Source: Botryllus schlosseri (lineage: Eukaryota). Taken from it: DNA of 64,000 nt. Location of the stretch: assembly GCA_051294905.1 (NCBI GenBank), contig CM119378.1, positions 186,001 through 250,000 of the forward strand. The letters run 5' to 3'. The position numbers were made by a program, and so were the translations under genes. The notes under the pieces are model-generated. The model did not search any database and was not told the origin of the DNA. It saw only the letters and a list, made by a program, of their open reading frames with translations. Below are positions 49,109 to 62,099 of this stretch, in pieces; the stretch's first letter is position 1; every line of letters starts with the position of its first letter.

Positions 49109-49996
49109 ATGTCGCGTGTATCTCCAATTCCATTGACGCTGGGCGATGTCACAAACGCCTTAGAGGCGTATTTTCGACCGCTTGGCCTTGAAATCTACCC
49201 ATTCAAGGTAGGATGGTATAATGAAGCGGTGTCCACAGCTTTTATGTTGCCTTTTAACGATAACACCATCGCCTTCGTGATTATCAGTAGCCCGTCCATG
49301 TTTGAAAGAGCATTTATCCCGTACTTGAAGGAAAACTTGGTAGAGATTGCGGGAAGAAATAAATCTAGGGATCCGCTGGACAGTGCGTTGTCGTATCATT
49401 TTCAGAGCGCAAAGCGTCTGTTTCCTTCAGAAGATATTGACGTTATCCAAGATTTCGAAATATTACCGAGTAAACGACCCAAAATACTCGTTCAAACTGC
49501 GGCCCATATCGCTGGAGCGTCGTTTTATTATCAGAAAAAGGACGCGGAAAAGGTACATGATGAAGAATGCTGTGAAATAGGAAACAATAGCTCTGGTCGA
49601 CCCGAAACTGGTGCAGCAATGGAAGGAGGTGGTAAAAAGAATAACATGGATTCTAATCAAGCTGAAAAGACCTGTTCCTGTGCTGTTCCTTGGGAGTCTA
49701 AAGAGAGAATTTTCGGTGTGTGCATCCATCCAAAGTATGGAGGGTGGTTCGCGATACGTGGTGTGATGATATTCCAAAACTTACGAGGCGATATTCAACG
49801 GCGTGATCCTATCGACTGCGTTGCGAGTCGTCGATCTAGAATAGAGCTTCTAAATCGATTCAACAGAAACTGGCGTGATGGATCATATCGAGATATCATT
49901 CCCGTCATTGAGAGGTACTCGGAGCTACAAATAAAGTACTTCAATACCGAGCCAAAAGATCGTCACACATTATTAACAGATACATACTCGACTTGA
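49109..49996 (+). CDS. MMACHC: Cyanocobalamin reductase / alkylcobalamin dealkylase (CblC), single exon, 295 aa
   Basis: YPFKVGWYN, SSPSMFERAF, RDPLD, RPKILVQTAAHIAGA, GVCIHPKYGGWFAIRG and NWRDGSYRD match MMACHC. First ATG is at 49109. Confidence 0.95.
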   Translation: MSRVSPIPLTLGDVTNALEAYFRPLGLEIYPFKVGWYNEAVSTAFMLPFNDNTIAFVIISSPSMFERAFIPYLKENLVEIAGRNKSRDPLDSALSYHFQSAKRLFPSEDIDVIQDFEILPSKRPKILVQTAAHIAGASFYYQKKDAEKVHDEECCEIGNNSSGRPETGAAMEGGGKKNNMDSNQAEKTCSCAVPWESKERIFGVCIHPKYGGWFAIRGVMIFQNLRGDIQRRDPIDCVASRRSRIELLNRFNRNWRDGSYRDIIPVIERYSELQIKYFNTEPKDRHTLLTDTYST

Positions 49997-50290
49997 TTCC
50001 AATCTTCTTGATTTCATGATAGCAGTGGCTCTTGTTTCCCTAACAACTCCCGAAGTGCCTTACTTACTACACCCATAGAATCATTGCTGCTCTCCCAATT
50101 AATTGCGCTAATGGTACCGAGATTCCAGTCCCTGCAGTGACCATATTCACATGGACAAATTCAATCCTAAAATGTGCAATATACCATGTCTTGACATCAT
50201 TACGAGCGGTTTCCTTCATTTTTTTTAGAATTCCTACAGCATTGCTTAGAGTTTAAATCTACTAAAGAAAGGCTAAAGGCTCATCATAAC

Positions 50291-53200
50291 ATGAACGCAC
50301 AACCAGTCATTTTGAATGTCTATGACATGGTAAGATTGAAGATATCTTCAACTATACGTGAATAGCATCAATTTCAGAAACTATCTCAATTCTACAAAAT
50401 ATTTGGATATACATTTGTAGTTCCTGGAGTGTTTGAGATAGTAGCTGACGCCGTACTAGTTAAAGTAGAATGATAAAATATCTCCTGTTAGAGTCAAATC
50501 TAGTTAAGTACATTGATGCTACCTCTAGTGGAATAGTTGCCGACATTGACTAAATAGATACATCCATTCCGTCGTGCCAAACACCTGGTTTGTCTTTGTT
50601 GAAAATCCTAAATGATAGCCTACCGTGTGATGTGTGCATCTGTAAGTATTTTAATTTCCAGTTCTGGACAAATGAGTATACGTCATCACTTGGAATCGGA
50701 GTCTACCACAGTGGATTGCAAGTTTATCAGCGAGGTAAGCATGATAGGTCACAGCTACCTCTGAACTTTACCTTGTGAATAGGGCTGGCCAAATTACTCG
50801 AGTGCTTCAACCCGAATAGACTATTAATTCCAATGATTGTTTAAAGGGGCACTGCACTCAAAAAATGATGTGGTCTCAAATTGAAGGGAAAAACGTAAAA
50901 AAAATTTTGGCCGCAGCCATTTTCTTCAGAACGCCACCGTAATGGAGCTGCAATTTATTGAAATTTCCACAAACACATCCGGCTGCAGCTGTCGCGGCTC
51001 CGGCTCATTGCTTAACCCGTTACATGGCAGGATGAATCTATCGTCGCACTTGCTCGACGCGATTAGGCAGTCACGCAGAGGACGAACTTCATTCAGACAG
51101 TTGTCAGCCGATATTATGAAGGAATTATGTCTCGCGCCAGGGCGGTATCCTGTTAAGTATAAGCGTACGGTACCGACGCTCAACCAACGCACGATGTTAA
51201 TTCAGGAGGATTTGTGTCTGAAGCTTGTTATGACTCTATGATATTTGCCAGATGACTGATACTGAGAATTGAGATGCCATTACAGTTATATATTGATGCA
51301 AAGCTATTCATACAGCTGTAATATTGAGCGGTGATTTCACAGCTTATTACTGACTGCACAGTAGTGTTGTTCATATTTGAAAAATTGTCAGGAAACATTG
51401 TTCGCCTTATTTCAAATGATAGTTTAGTGTGTCTTCCTTCCTCTCAAAGGTCCACGGGGCAATTCTCCTTACTACTGGATCTGCAATGTCGACCATGTCA
51501 CCGGTTCATAGCTTTTGTGGCGTTATCAGTTGAAAACGGCCATGTGGAGATGGGATATTGTAATAAAATAGCTATGTTTACAAAATTGTACTTGAAAGCA
51601 GTCCTATAACGGCCATATTCATCTCCATTTTGCTCTGCACAACCTGTCTATCCTGTTCATGGAAAGCATGTATTGGTTGCACGGTTGACATTGATCGTTC
51701 ATCGAAGAAGCGCCATTAAGTCGAGAACGAATGCAGACAGACTGGTACAAACATTGTTGTGTAATATTTTTATCGTATCATGTTGTTCTCAGTTTCCAAA
51801 TGATTATCTGTTTTCATCAGTTCATTCACGCAATTCCTTTGACACGTAGATAATATCTAATTAGGTAAAATTATTACTGGTATGGAAGAAGATCTGGTTG
51901 ATGAATTTACTTCTAAAGAAGATTTCGATGATATCACAATATTTGGTGAGAGTCTGCCGTATCAATTCGAGCCACAATATTAAGAGGAGGAATTCGCCAG
52001 TCTCGTTGCAACTCTAGAAGCACAAACTCATGTCTCTGAATCGTCAGAAAACCAGAGTCGAGAATGAGTGTGTTTGCTGCAGGGAGATACAACAAATAAT
52101 GGAGCTGCTGGGGAATTGAGGGTCGCTTTGCGTAACAGAACATGACGATTTTGTCCTACATATACAACCCTCCATTTTTGAAACATTATTCAAAGTGAAC
52201 AGAAAAAACTGGAATAATAACAATCCACTGCATGGTCCTGGCAGAAAACGACACATACTGGAATGGATTATTGATGGCGATGGTGGACTGTACGTCGGTT
52301 TCAAATGGCCGATAGAAAACGAACTGCGATTGAAAACACTGCGGCTCTGCTATATAAATCGAAATCAGTTACTGTATGGTGTACAGCGAACTGTTAGCAT
52401 TCTATATTCCAGCAGTGGCAGCCGTGTTTCACACTTTGCTTACTCTGTGAATTTTTAATAAATATTAGACAATTGGAAAATAGCGAGGGTATTACAAGGG
52501 GGCAGTTGTTGTTAGTAACTGGAAGAATTGAATTGAGCTAGTAAGCTGCCTACATAGCACTGCACACGTCATAAAACTCATTGGCAAAGATGTATTATTC
52601 ATGTCACACAGGGATATTTAGAAGTTCTAGAACGCTGTTTCGAGCTGGTTCTGGTGCAATGCCGACATTGTGATAAACTTCCAATGCTCCTAAAAAAGGA
52701 AGATGTGAAATTTACTGATCTGACCACGCTCTGATAACTGGTGTTATCATCATTGGTTCATTAGCAATTTTATCAGTTCAATACACCATAAAAATGCGAT
52801 ACAATGAAAATGAAAGGAAGGTGTCGAAGCGACTTGGAGTAGTCTATGGAATCAGACACCCACCTTGGCCTAAGCGATGTAAAGAGGAGGCATGCAGATG
52901 TGATAAGTCATAAAAATTACCAGTAAATTACCAGTAGAGTAACAGAGTAGTCATCTGCTACGAATCCCGGATCAAAAATTTGTTTTCTATGAAGGATTTT
53001 AATGCTTTGAAACTAGCATCTAGTTCTTAGGCATTGGTCTTCAGTCAAAATGCCTCTCCCTCAACTCATGTTCGCCGGTGATGTGATGCAGAAGAGATAT
53101 CCATCTTCTTTTTAGCACCTGCAATCGCATATCGTTATATAAGAAGTTATTAATATGTGGTGAATGACATAGTAGATATGGAGACTTACACTGCTATCTT

Positions 53201-56200
53201 GGCCACAATGCTGACAGCACCACCACAAGTGATTAGTGATGCTTCTTGTCCATAGTAGCAAGTCTTCCATACCTTTCTTCTTACCCAGAGACACCAAATT
53301 TTTTTCAGTCCTGAGAAACGGTTATCAAGGCAGAGGAAGATTCAAATAATAACAGGATTCAGTTACCTTTGCAGACATGCCATACATCAAACTGGTGATT
53401 GATTGATGGATATTTACCATCACCCACCACTGTAATTGGTTTACATTGACTCTTCATCTCCCGTAACACATCATATGTTCCTCATGGTACCTCGCAATAG
53501 TTGGCAAAATATATTGCGATTGTATTGCATAAAAATGACGTTCCAAAATGTAGTGAGTGTCCAGTACTTTGAACGGCACATCTTGTCATTGCAGCTTGCA
53601 ATCATGTCAATGTATTTGTATGTATATCCAATATCCTCAATACAAAGTGGAACAAACTTATTATGAAGATTCTGGGTAGAGCAAGAGAATACCGTAGACG
53701 TTTTTTCAGGTCAAGAGTTATTTCTTTTCCACAACACGAACACCACCAATCAGGGTTCCCCATGAACATGACAATACATTAAAAATTAGTTAAAGGGTTC
53801 GGGACCTGCTGGAAAATTCATCATCTCTAACCGTAATCCAACGTTATATGAACCTATCCTGAACCCAAAACTCCTCAGCCTACCCCAAAAACATATATAT
53901 ATATCGTCATCTTACTAATAACCCAGCCATAACTTTACAATACCCTCATCATATGATTCTCGAACCCGAATTCAAAACCAATTATGACCGCTATGATCTT
54001 TTGAGTGTTCATGGGGCACAGTGATTGGTGATGATCATGTTTTATACATAAGAAAAGGACATGATCTATTTCTGTTCTACAAAAATAGAATACACTAGGC
54101 CTGATTTAGAAATAAATCTCCCAACTGAACATCGTCTGTTGAAAGCCGTATCTAGACCGCCTTGGCGTGTAAGACATATTTACTTCATAACATCGGCTGA
54201 CAACTATCTAAAGTTCGTTCTCTGCGAGACTGCCTAACAATCGCGATCGCGTCAAGTGCGACGATGAAGTCATCGTACCATGTAACGGGTTAAGAAATGA
54301 CCCGGAGCCGCGACAGCTGCAGCCGGATGTGTTTGTGGAAATTTCAATAAATTGCAGCTCCATTACGGTGGCGTTCTGAAGAAAATGGCTGCGGCCAAAA
54401 TTTTTCTTACGTTTTACCCTTCAATTTGAGACCACATCATTTTTTGAGTGCAGTGCCCCTTTAAGATGATTTTTCGAGTGCTGAAATGATATGCTATTTG
54501 GCAGCATATGAAACATGCAGCATCGTCACAACTTGCAATGAAATAGTTATGGTCGAAAAAGTGCCAAATTATCTTAGTGTGGTACAGAACTGGCATTATA
54601 ATCTATTGTGGTTGCATAGAAGGTACAGATTCAAACTTTCCATATCATTTAAACTGTTGTGAAGTCGTGAGTAAGACTCAAATTGAAGCATAATACTCGA
54701 ATTACTAAAATGCAAACACAGGGCTAGGTGGGTGTATGATTCCATAGAAAAATCCAAGTCGCTTCGACATCTTCCTGTCTATTCATTGTATCGCATTTTT
54801 TGTGGTGTATTGAACTGATAAAATTGCTAATAAACCAATGATGATGATGGGCTTGTGAACTCTTGCTAACTTCGATTCCATTCTACAGAATTTGCATACG
54901 GGGGTCACATTTACCCTTTTAGCGGAGTGTTTGAAATCACACCGGGCGACACGAGCGAACTGGGAGAAACTTTTCGATTCAAGTTTGATATTTTCAGGAA
55001 GTATAATTCGTGGAAATAACCTGAAAACTGTTCCAGAGAAAGTATCGTCCTTGGCACGACGGACTTTGAATTGAGAGATATCGAAATGATTGTGGAACAG
55101 CTCGGCGAGGAATATCGAGGAAATGCATACCATCTCATGCATAAAAATTGCAATCATTTCTCACAAGCACTTTCGCAGGTCAGTTCTTCTCTAAACACTG
55201 ATTTCAGCACGGATCTAACCGGAGGTTACGAAGTAGGACTACTTCTTTTTCAGAGCACCGAAATGGGTTCTGCCTGCTTAAGTTCAGGAGTCCCAACGTT
55301 TTTGACACAGCGACCTCCTTGGATGGTTGAGGTTGTTTTTGCTCTGTCAATGTTTTAATTGCTGGTTAGTTGGTGGGAGGGAAGAATGTAAACTCAAGAT
55401 CAAGAAGTTTATCGTTGTACCACTATTCTCAGTAAATTTTAACTGATTACTTTTGTTATATAGTGGAGTTTGAGTTAATGTATCTTGAAATATTTCCACG
55501 GCCCTCAGTTTGTGTCGAGTTGTTGTGTATAGACTAATTCTACTTGACAGAATTTAGGTAAACCCATTTACTTTTGCGCATTTTCAAGGGGAAGTAGTTT
55601 TAAGCATCCTGTTATGAGTGAAATGGTCATGACTGCTGTGCGAAATAGATTCTATATCAAAGTAACAGAACATATTCTCGAAAATCACACCTGTTTTTAG
55701 TTATGCGCTAGTCAGTAATCATGGAGATGCGTCCGGCATTTAGTAAGTAGCGATCTGCGATTAACTGCCAAAATGATGAAACCCCTCAACCAATCATACT
55801 TTTTTCGTCGAATTCTATAATCAGCCGTTTTACTCCCACTCGAGAGGTAGCTGGTAGCTTTGACTTGTTTTGAAATTGTTGATTAACAACGTTACTAAAA
55901 GGATACCGTCCGTTCTAATGTCATCCGATGATGCCCAAATAATGGCAAATATCCTCTTTTTTGCAGTTTGTCCAGTTGGAAAAAATACCTTTTACTTATT
56001 CGTGAGAATCGTCGCTGTGCCGCTGGGCTCAGATTTCAGGCCAAACTTGGTGTACACTCTGCAGAGACATTTTTATTTTTTCCTCTTTAATTCAGAATTT
56101 CCAAGTTTTTTTTCGATTTCAGTAGTATTATTTATAATCCAACTGTAGTTATTCAGTCAATTCCAATCGAACTTGGGAAAAAAACTATAACCATCAGTTG

Positions 56201-56425
56201 AATTCTAATCTAATGTATTTACGAGTCCAACTCCAACTGACTGCAGTTGTGTTTCAGATACTATGCGGACAGAAAATACCGCGATGGGTGAACCGGCTTG
56301 CTCACGTGAGCTCCTGCGTTCCATTCCTGCAACGTTGCCTGCCCCGCGAATGGCTCACGCCTGCTGCACTTGCGAACACAGTCGACCAACGCAATCAGGA
56401 TCAAGATCAACCTTCCAGCTCGTGA
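50291..56425 (+). CDS. DESI2: Desumoylating isopeptidase 2 / PPPDE peptidase (171 aa)
   Basis: Exons 50291-50329, 50662-50734, 54889-54982, 55037-55178, 56258-56425 (516 nt, phase-consistent). Motifs [31 protein letters not shown] and IPRWVNRLA. Confidence 0.95.
50845..54460. mobile_element. Kolobok DNA transposon (decayed): transposase remnant (-) and KolX remnant (+)
   Basis: TTAA at 50841-50844 and 54461-54464; TIR aggggcactgcactcaaaaaatg... (~160 bp near-perfect, ~300 bp total). Minus strand reads [10 protein letters not shown] and [13 protein letters not shown]; plus strand reads [24 protein letters not shown] and YVGFK. Confidence 0.85.
52748..52895 (-). mobile_element. LINE 3' UTR fragment inside the Kolobok element
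   Basis: Reverse complement of ~44557-44705. Confidence 0.8.
54722..54849 (+). mobile_element. LINE 3' UTR fragment with (tga)n tail
   Basis: Matches ~44587-44710. Confidence 0.8.
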
Positions 56426-57003
56426 CCGTCGGGAAAGATGCAAGGCGTGCAGCCAGCCTGTATTGCCACACGAGCGTATATGGCTCATGAAAAAAAAGTC
56501 CGAGCAGGCCTGACGCAGGAACATGCGTCAATAAAGACAGCTTCAGTTCAATTGTACAGTCTCCAACACATTTTACCCCGGAATGTTTTGTCTCTTTTAC
56601 ATATGTTCGTTGCCATTTTACTGTGTATCCAAATGTTACTATTTTTTCTTTATACTGCAAAAGTGACTGAGCGACGACAATCGAACATCCCTAGCAATTC
56701 TCATGGTTTGCTGTATTGGGGCTGGGCATAACGAGTGTTAAGGCGACATGTGAAGTTCTTTTTTATGCATCCTAGGGTTTCAACATGTTTTGGATGTTGC
56801 GAGCTAAGAGTTATCGGGACTTATAATTCTTGTCGATAATATGTTTGTCATAACAGTCGCTGTCAATATAGAGAGACTCTCTACTTAACACTAATCATTA
56901 CAATAAATACGTGCCCAGCCCTAATCAGGACCAAGCAAATATATGTCGTCGTTGTGGAAATAATGAGAATAAATATTGCACTGGATTCTATACGCCCGGG
57001 CTT

Positions 57004-58462
57004 CTAATTTCTGGCAAGATCGATTGTGAGATCATCCTTTCTTTTCACTGCGATCTGACTCATCGCCGCCGACACTTGATCACAAATCTCTGCTGCACGC
57101 ATGATGTCGTCAAACAGTGGTGGTGGCGCTGAGAGCACCATCAAAGGGTTGTCGCATGACGAGGGGAGGGAAGCACTCGGTACCTCGAGCCGGCCAGCCA
57201 GTCCTAAAATTAAAATTGGACTCCTGACTGACCTACGTTATGCTCAGGATGCGATGTCACAGAATTGTTCAAAAACATTCTGTTTCACATTTTACTAGCT
57301 AGTTGATGAAATTGTTAGGATAGTTGAAAATTCTACACATCAAATTTGGCTCAGTTCCAACCTGTGGAAGTCGTTATACCATACGAGTAGGAAAGTTTCG
57401 ATTTTACGGACTTATGGTGGGTAATTGGATAGTTCCTACCTCCAACACTATTTTTCAAATCCAAAACGAACTCTAATTTGACATGAACGAACTTGATTTT
57501 CTTGTATGTCTGCCGATCCGAAATTTATAAGTTTTTGAAAATTCAGTAATTCTAATCTACTTTGAAGAACTTTGTAGGTACAATTGTAATCTGAATTGGA
57601 AAAAGCTAAAAATGTCCTAGTTGTCCAACTCTGAGACAAACAACACAGCTAGAAACAAAACATTCATGTGCTGCACAATGAGTCGATGCACGTGCGAATG
57701 TTGGAGTTTGATTCGATTTCTCACGTCCGTTGTCTCCCGACTTACCCGCCAACTTTCTGTTGTATAGTGTAACCCTGTTCATGTACTCGACGGCGTCGAT
57801 ACGAGCGTCTATCGCAGTAACGTCAATCACATCCGACGAGTATTTCGATAAAATTCCATTCAGAAGTGATTGCTCATCTTTGCAACTTTTTGATACACTG
57901 CCAATTGGAGTACCGTCCTGAAAAGAAGTAAATTACTTTTCAATCTGATAGAGTGCTTCTTGGGGTACGCTGTAACCTAGGCCTACTGGCTGACGTAATT
58001 TGATTTATGCAATCTTACCATATTTAAACACACACTGAGCTACGGCATCACCATGATTTTGTGGATCATAGTTACATGCACATTATATATATGTCTATCT
58101 ATTGACCAAGTCACACGATCCAGGGTATACCTTGTAAATATTGATGGACCTGTGCAGCCTGTACAAGCTAAATATCTACTTAATTGACGGTCAACTAACT
58201 ACAGTTTTAGTAGTTGTAGTTGTGGAGTTTGAAAGTGAGTGTATAGTTCTAATTCTTGTTCTATTTGCACATTTAAAAAATAATTTAGTTGTAGAACAAC
58301 TTGAAAACACGTGTCGTTGCTGAAATCGTCACTCACCTGCTGCACTCCTCCAACATCGACTGGTATCGAGTTCTGCGGAGTCCCGTGCTCATTCGGCAAT
58401 ATCGGCGTTCTCTCATCCGGATCGCCTTCTTCTTGTTTCAAGCAACTCTCCAAGCAGCCCAT
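57004..58462 (-). CDS. LAMTOR1: Ragulator complex subunit LAMTOR1/p18 (165 aa)
   Basis: Exons 58337-58462, 57746-57917, 57004-57203 (498 nt). MGC lipidation start, ERTPIL dileucine-like motif, DEQSLLNGIL..DVIDV, EYMNR, and C-terminal SQIAVKRKDDL. Confidence 0.9.
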
Positions 58463-58545
58463 CACAAGATTTTCGTTTTAAATAGACTGACACATAAATC
58501 ATTCGCAAACAGGAACGCTTGTATATTGGTATTTAGGAATCCTAA

Positions 58546-59966
58546 CACTGGTCAACAAAATCAAAAAATATTTTTCGGCAGAACATCTGAGAGCCGTTTC
58601 TGGGGTTTTTGAGGCTGCTGATTACGAATATCACATTAGTTTTGTCAGATTGGCTCTTTGTCAGAAGTAATTTATATCCCCAAAAAAGCCCAAAATTACT
58701 GTATTTACCCCTAAATATTTCGCTTAATAGGAAGAAAAATGTATTTTTTTTTCTAATTTTATACTGCGCATGAATAGCTAATTGACTATGAAGAACCCTC
58801 ATGTCATTCTCAGTCATTCTATCAATATTAACATGACATGATGCAAAATATTTGTTTGTCAAAAAAGCAGTGTGTCAAGCCTAGCAATTGTACTTTTGCA
58901 CAACGGAAATACATATTCTGCTGTATCAATTGGCCATTCTACCAAGATTGAAGAGGAGTATATAAATATAAATTTGTCCATTTAAGGCCTGACTACAATA
59001 CGCATATGTGTCTCATTTCTTTTGACTGATAAATGGATAATTTTCCACTGAGGCAACAAAGTAGGTATACCTAGTAACCCTCTGAAACGAAAAGCTTAAA
59101 TCTGGTATCTGGTATATTCGAATACCGATGAAAGATTCCAATTTCACATTAGGAAGGGGTTCACTGCATGTAATTTTCCCGAAGATGTAATAAATAAAAC
59201 TTTTTAGATGATCACAAAGCACCCAACTAGGCAACTACAAACAGTAGGTCCGAAAATTCGTATGCATATCGAAAACTTGAGCACAAACATGGCCATAAAA
59301 GTTCACTTCCTATTCAGTCATCTTGATATATTTGCTGATTATCTTGTTGATTAGCAAAGGGAGAGGTTCTATCAAGACATCACAGAGATGAGATGAGATG
59401 AACAATTGAACATATTATGCCAGAACATTGCCGGAACTTTTGGAGAAACTGCACTAAATAGCTTACAGCCGAAAATCGAACAAAACACAATTGTGATTTA
59501 AAATATATCAATAATATTATATTCCAACTCATTAATTCAAATTTACACTAGGTGGTTGACGTAAAACTGATTGAATTAATGCCACGTTATTTGATTAGCC
59601 TATCTAGCTAAATAGTTATATACATGACTGGAGTTTATTTATGTACATGATATCCGTGAAAGTCTGTTACTATGATAAATCAATTACCCCTAAATATAGT
59701 GCTGTTGCTGTATTTTGATTTAAAAGAGTCTTCTGTGTGTAAAAATAACAAGCAGGTTGAATATTTAAACTTTATAGTATGACTGAGCCGATTTTATATA
59801 TAGTCATTACCGCGAAAACGGGAGATTTTGGTCAAAATAGCCCCATGGGCTGTCTCCACAACAAAAGCCAATTTGAAAAAACTAGGGTGATATTCGGAAT
59901 CAGTGCCCTTCAGAACCCCCAAAATCACTCTTACTTTGTCTGCCTAAAAATATGTGTTGACCAGTG
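58546..59966 (+). mobile_element. Chapaev3-like (CMC superfamily) DNA transposon, internally deleted; probable relative at ~26550-27553
   Basis: TIR cactggtcaaca / tgttgaccagtg; 3-bp TAA duplication. 59200-59390 reads FLDDHKAPN*..NMAIKVHFLFSHLD..ERFYQDITEM, resembling the MSLKIHFLHSHLD..GERFHQDI transposase motif. Confidence 0.8.
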
Positions 59967-61408
59967 TAATCATTCATTAAGAATCAAACTGAATCAAATC
60001 TAGAACAATTTTTCAATAGATCAGACGAGGTTCTAATGTTGTTCTTGTTACATTAATTAGGAATTGCACACATCACGTCAACTGGATTTTCGCGGTTAGA
60101 GGAAAAATGTTTCAAAGACTGCGGCCCAAATTCCGCTACTCACATTGCATGCATCAACTACAATTCAAAAATACTGGAATCGGTTTAAAAAACTTCACTC
60201 CAATGATGACAATATTCATGTATAGATAGAGAGCAGGGGCGGGCAACTTCTCCAGTCGGCGGGTCGGATTACTGAATCGACACATTAGGCCTATTCACGC
60301 ATTTACCAAAATATACAGAGAATAAATCGTGTTTAATGAATGTATTTTAACGACAGCAATGTCACTTCAAAGCCATTTCTCGCCAGTAATGACGAAGACA
60401 ATGTGGATTTGAGAACAGTCATACAGGCGCCGCCATATCTGCTTCTCTCCGGTCAACTAACACACGCTGAAATCCTAAATCAAGATTTCAAGGCGTTCGA
60501 TAAGACCGGTAGGCCAAATTTACCAAGATATCAATTCATTAGGGTTGAGTACATCGTAAATGCCAATAATGCAATTCTTCTCGCTTCGACGGACTAACAC
60601 ACAAGCTCCACTCTCCCACGCTGCACAGACACACATGTATCAATAACATACAGTCACTCGAATTTGACGTAGTAAGCAAACAGTGGGGAATCTCAGCAGA
60701 CTGGGGTCGCGGGCCACATTATCATGTAAGACGGGAAACTGTCCGCTTGCGCTTAACAATTAACGCAAGCAAGCGTGGCATTTGCGCAACGGCGTAACCT
60801 TAGTCCGGCGTATACCAGGTCTGTTTTACCACATTGTGTAGTTTAATAAGTAATTCGGTACGGTATCGAATCAGAGCAAAGAATATATCCGTCAAGCGGA
60901 TGAAATTTTCCGATCTCGCGAGAAATCCGTCTGTAGCGCACATGTTGTAGAAAACAACCACCGAACCGATTCCAGTCTGGGCCGTATGTTGCGTGTCCCT
61001 GAGAGTATACATACAGTGCGGCGAGTGCGCTCCTATGACCAAATTCAAATTCTGACATGCTTTCTCTGACATGCTTTCTCTTTATTTATAGTTTTTTTAA
61101 GTCCAATATAGCTGTAGCAAAGATATAGTCCCATTAGTTGACTGGACATCTAATATACGGTACTTTACTTGTGGAACTGTGGTTGATACTTTTAAATTGT
61201 GATTGAGTGATGAGAGCTTTTCTGCATAGAATAATTAAGTAATTAAACAGAAAATCCTGCGTGACGTTGCCACCATCACCAATTCCACTCTGGCCGTTAG
61301 GTTCACCACTAATTGACTCCTACCACGATTGACCACAGTATTCTTTGCACATCCTGATGCGTTCTGCAAGGTCCTACGTCTGAATATAGATTACTAACCT
61401 ACGTGTTT

Positions 61409-61745
61409 GGGCAACTCTAAACGGCGGACCGCGGAACAGCGGAACATGTAATACTAAACGGCGGACCGAGCGGAACTGCGGACCGAGCGGACCATAAGAA
61501 AATAGCTCAATACTAAACGGCGGAACGAGCGGACCGCGGAACTGGCGGAACTTGCAATACTAAACGGCGGACCGAGCGGAACCGCGGATCGAGCGGACCA
61601 TAACAAAATAGCTCAATACTAAACGGCGGAACGAGCGGACCGCGGAACTAGCGGAACTTGCAATACTAAACGGCGGACCAAGCGGAACTGCGGACCAAGC
61701 GGACTACTACAAAGACCACAATGTAAACAGCGGACCGCGGATCAG
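61409..61745. repeat. gcggaac/gcggacc minisatellite, probably one arm of a Mutator-like foldback
   Basis: Starts gggcaactctaaacggcgg, similar in layout to the 35493 TIR; ~107-bp higher-order duplication; no partner TIR seen. Confidence 0.6.
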
Positions 61746-62099
61746 GCGCAACTCGCAAATGTCGCAATACTCCTAATTTCTGAAAGGGTGCCTTTCATTT
61801 TGGCAATAAGGAGCATACCGAACATAAGGACATCTTGTCTAGGGTAACTATGGGGTGTCTTCAAGTGTGGCAACGTAGTACCAACACACCCCAAACATAC
61901 CCCAGACTTGATGTCCAGGTTGCAATGCAGTACGAACAAACCTCAAACATACCTCAGACATGATGTCCGGGTTGTAACACAGTACGAACACACCCCAAAC
62001 ATACACCAAACATGATGTCCTGGTCCTAACACACCACAGACACGGTATATATCGACTATCTCTGATCGAGGGGGAATTTCCATGTATGTTTCTACTTGA

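Noticed and set aside
49553..49669. Intron explaining the MMACHC insertion
   Set aside because: An aag/gtacat donor-like site exists, but there is no pyrimidine-rich acceptor and the frame is open throughout. Not excluded without RNA data.
60340..60597. Host gene or hAT transposase remnant
   Set aside because: Follows a caggggcgggcaac MITE-like end, but no motif could be recognised with confidence on either strand.
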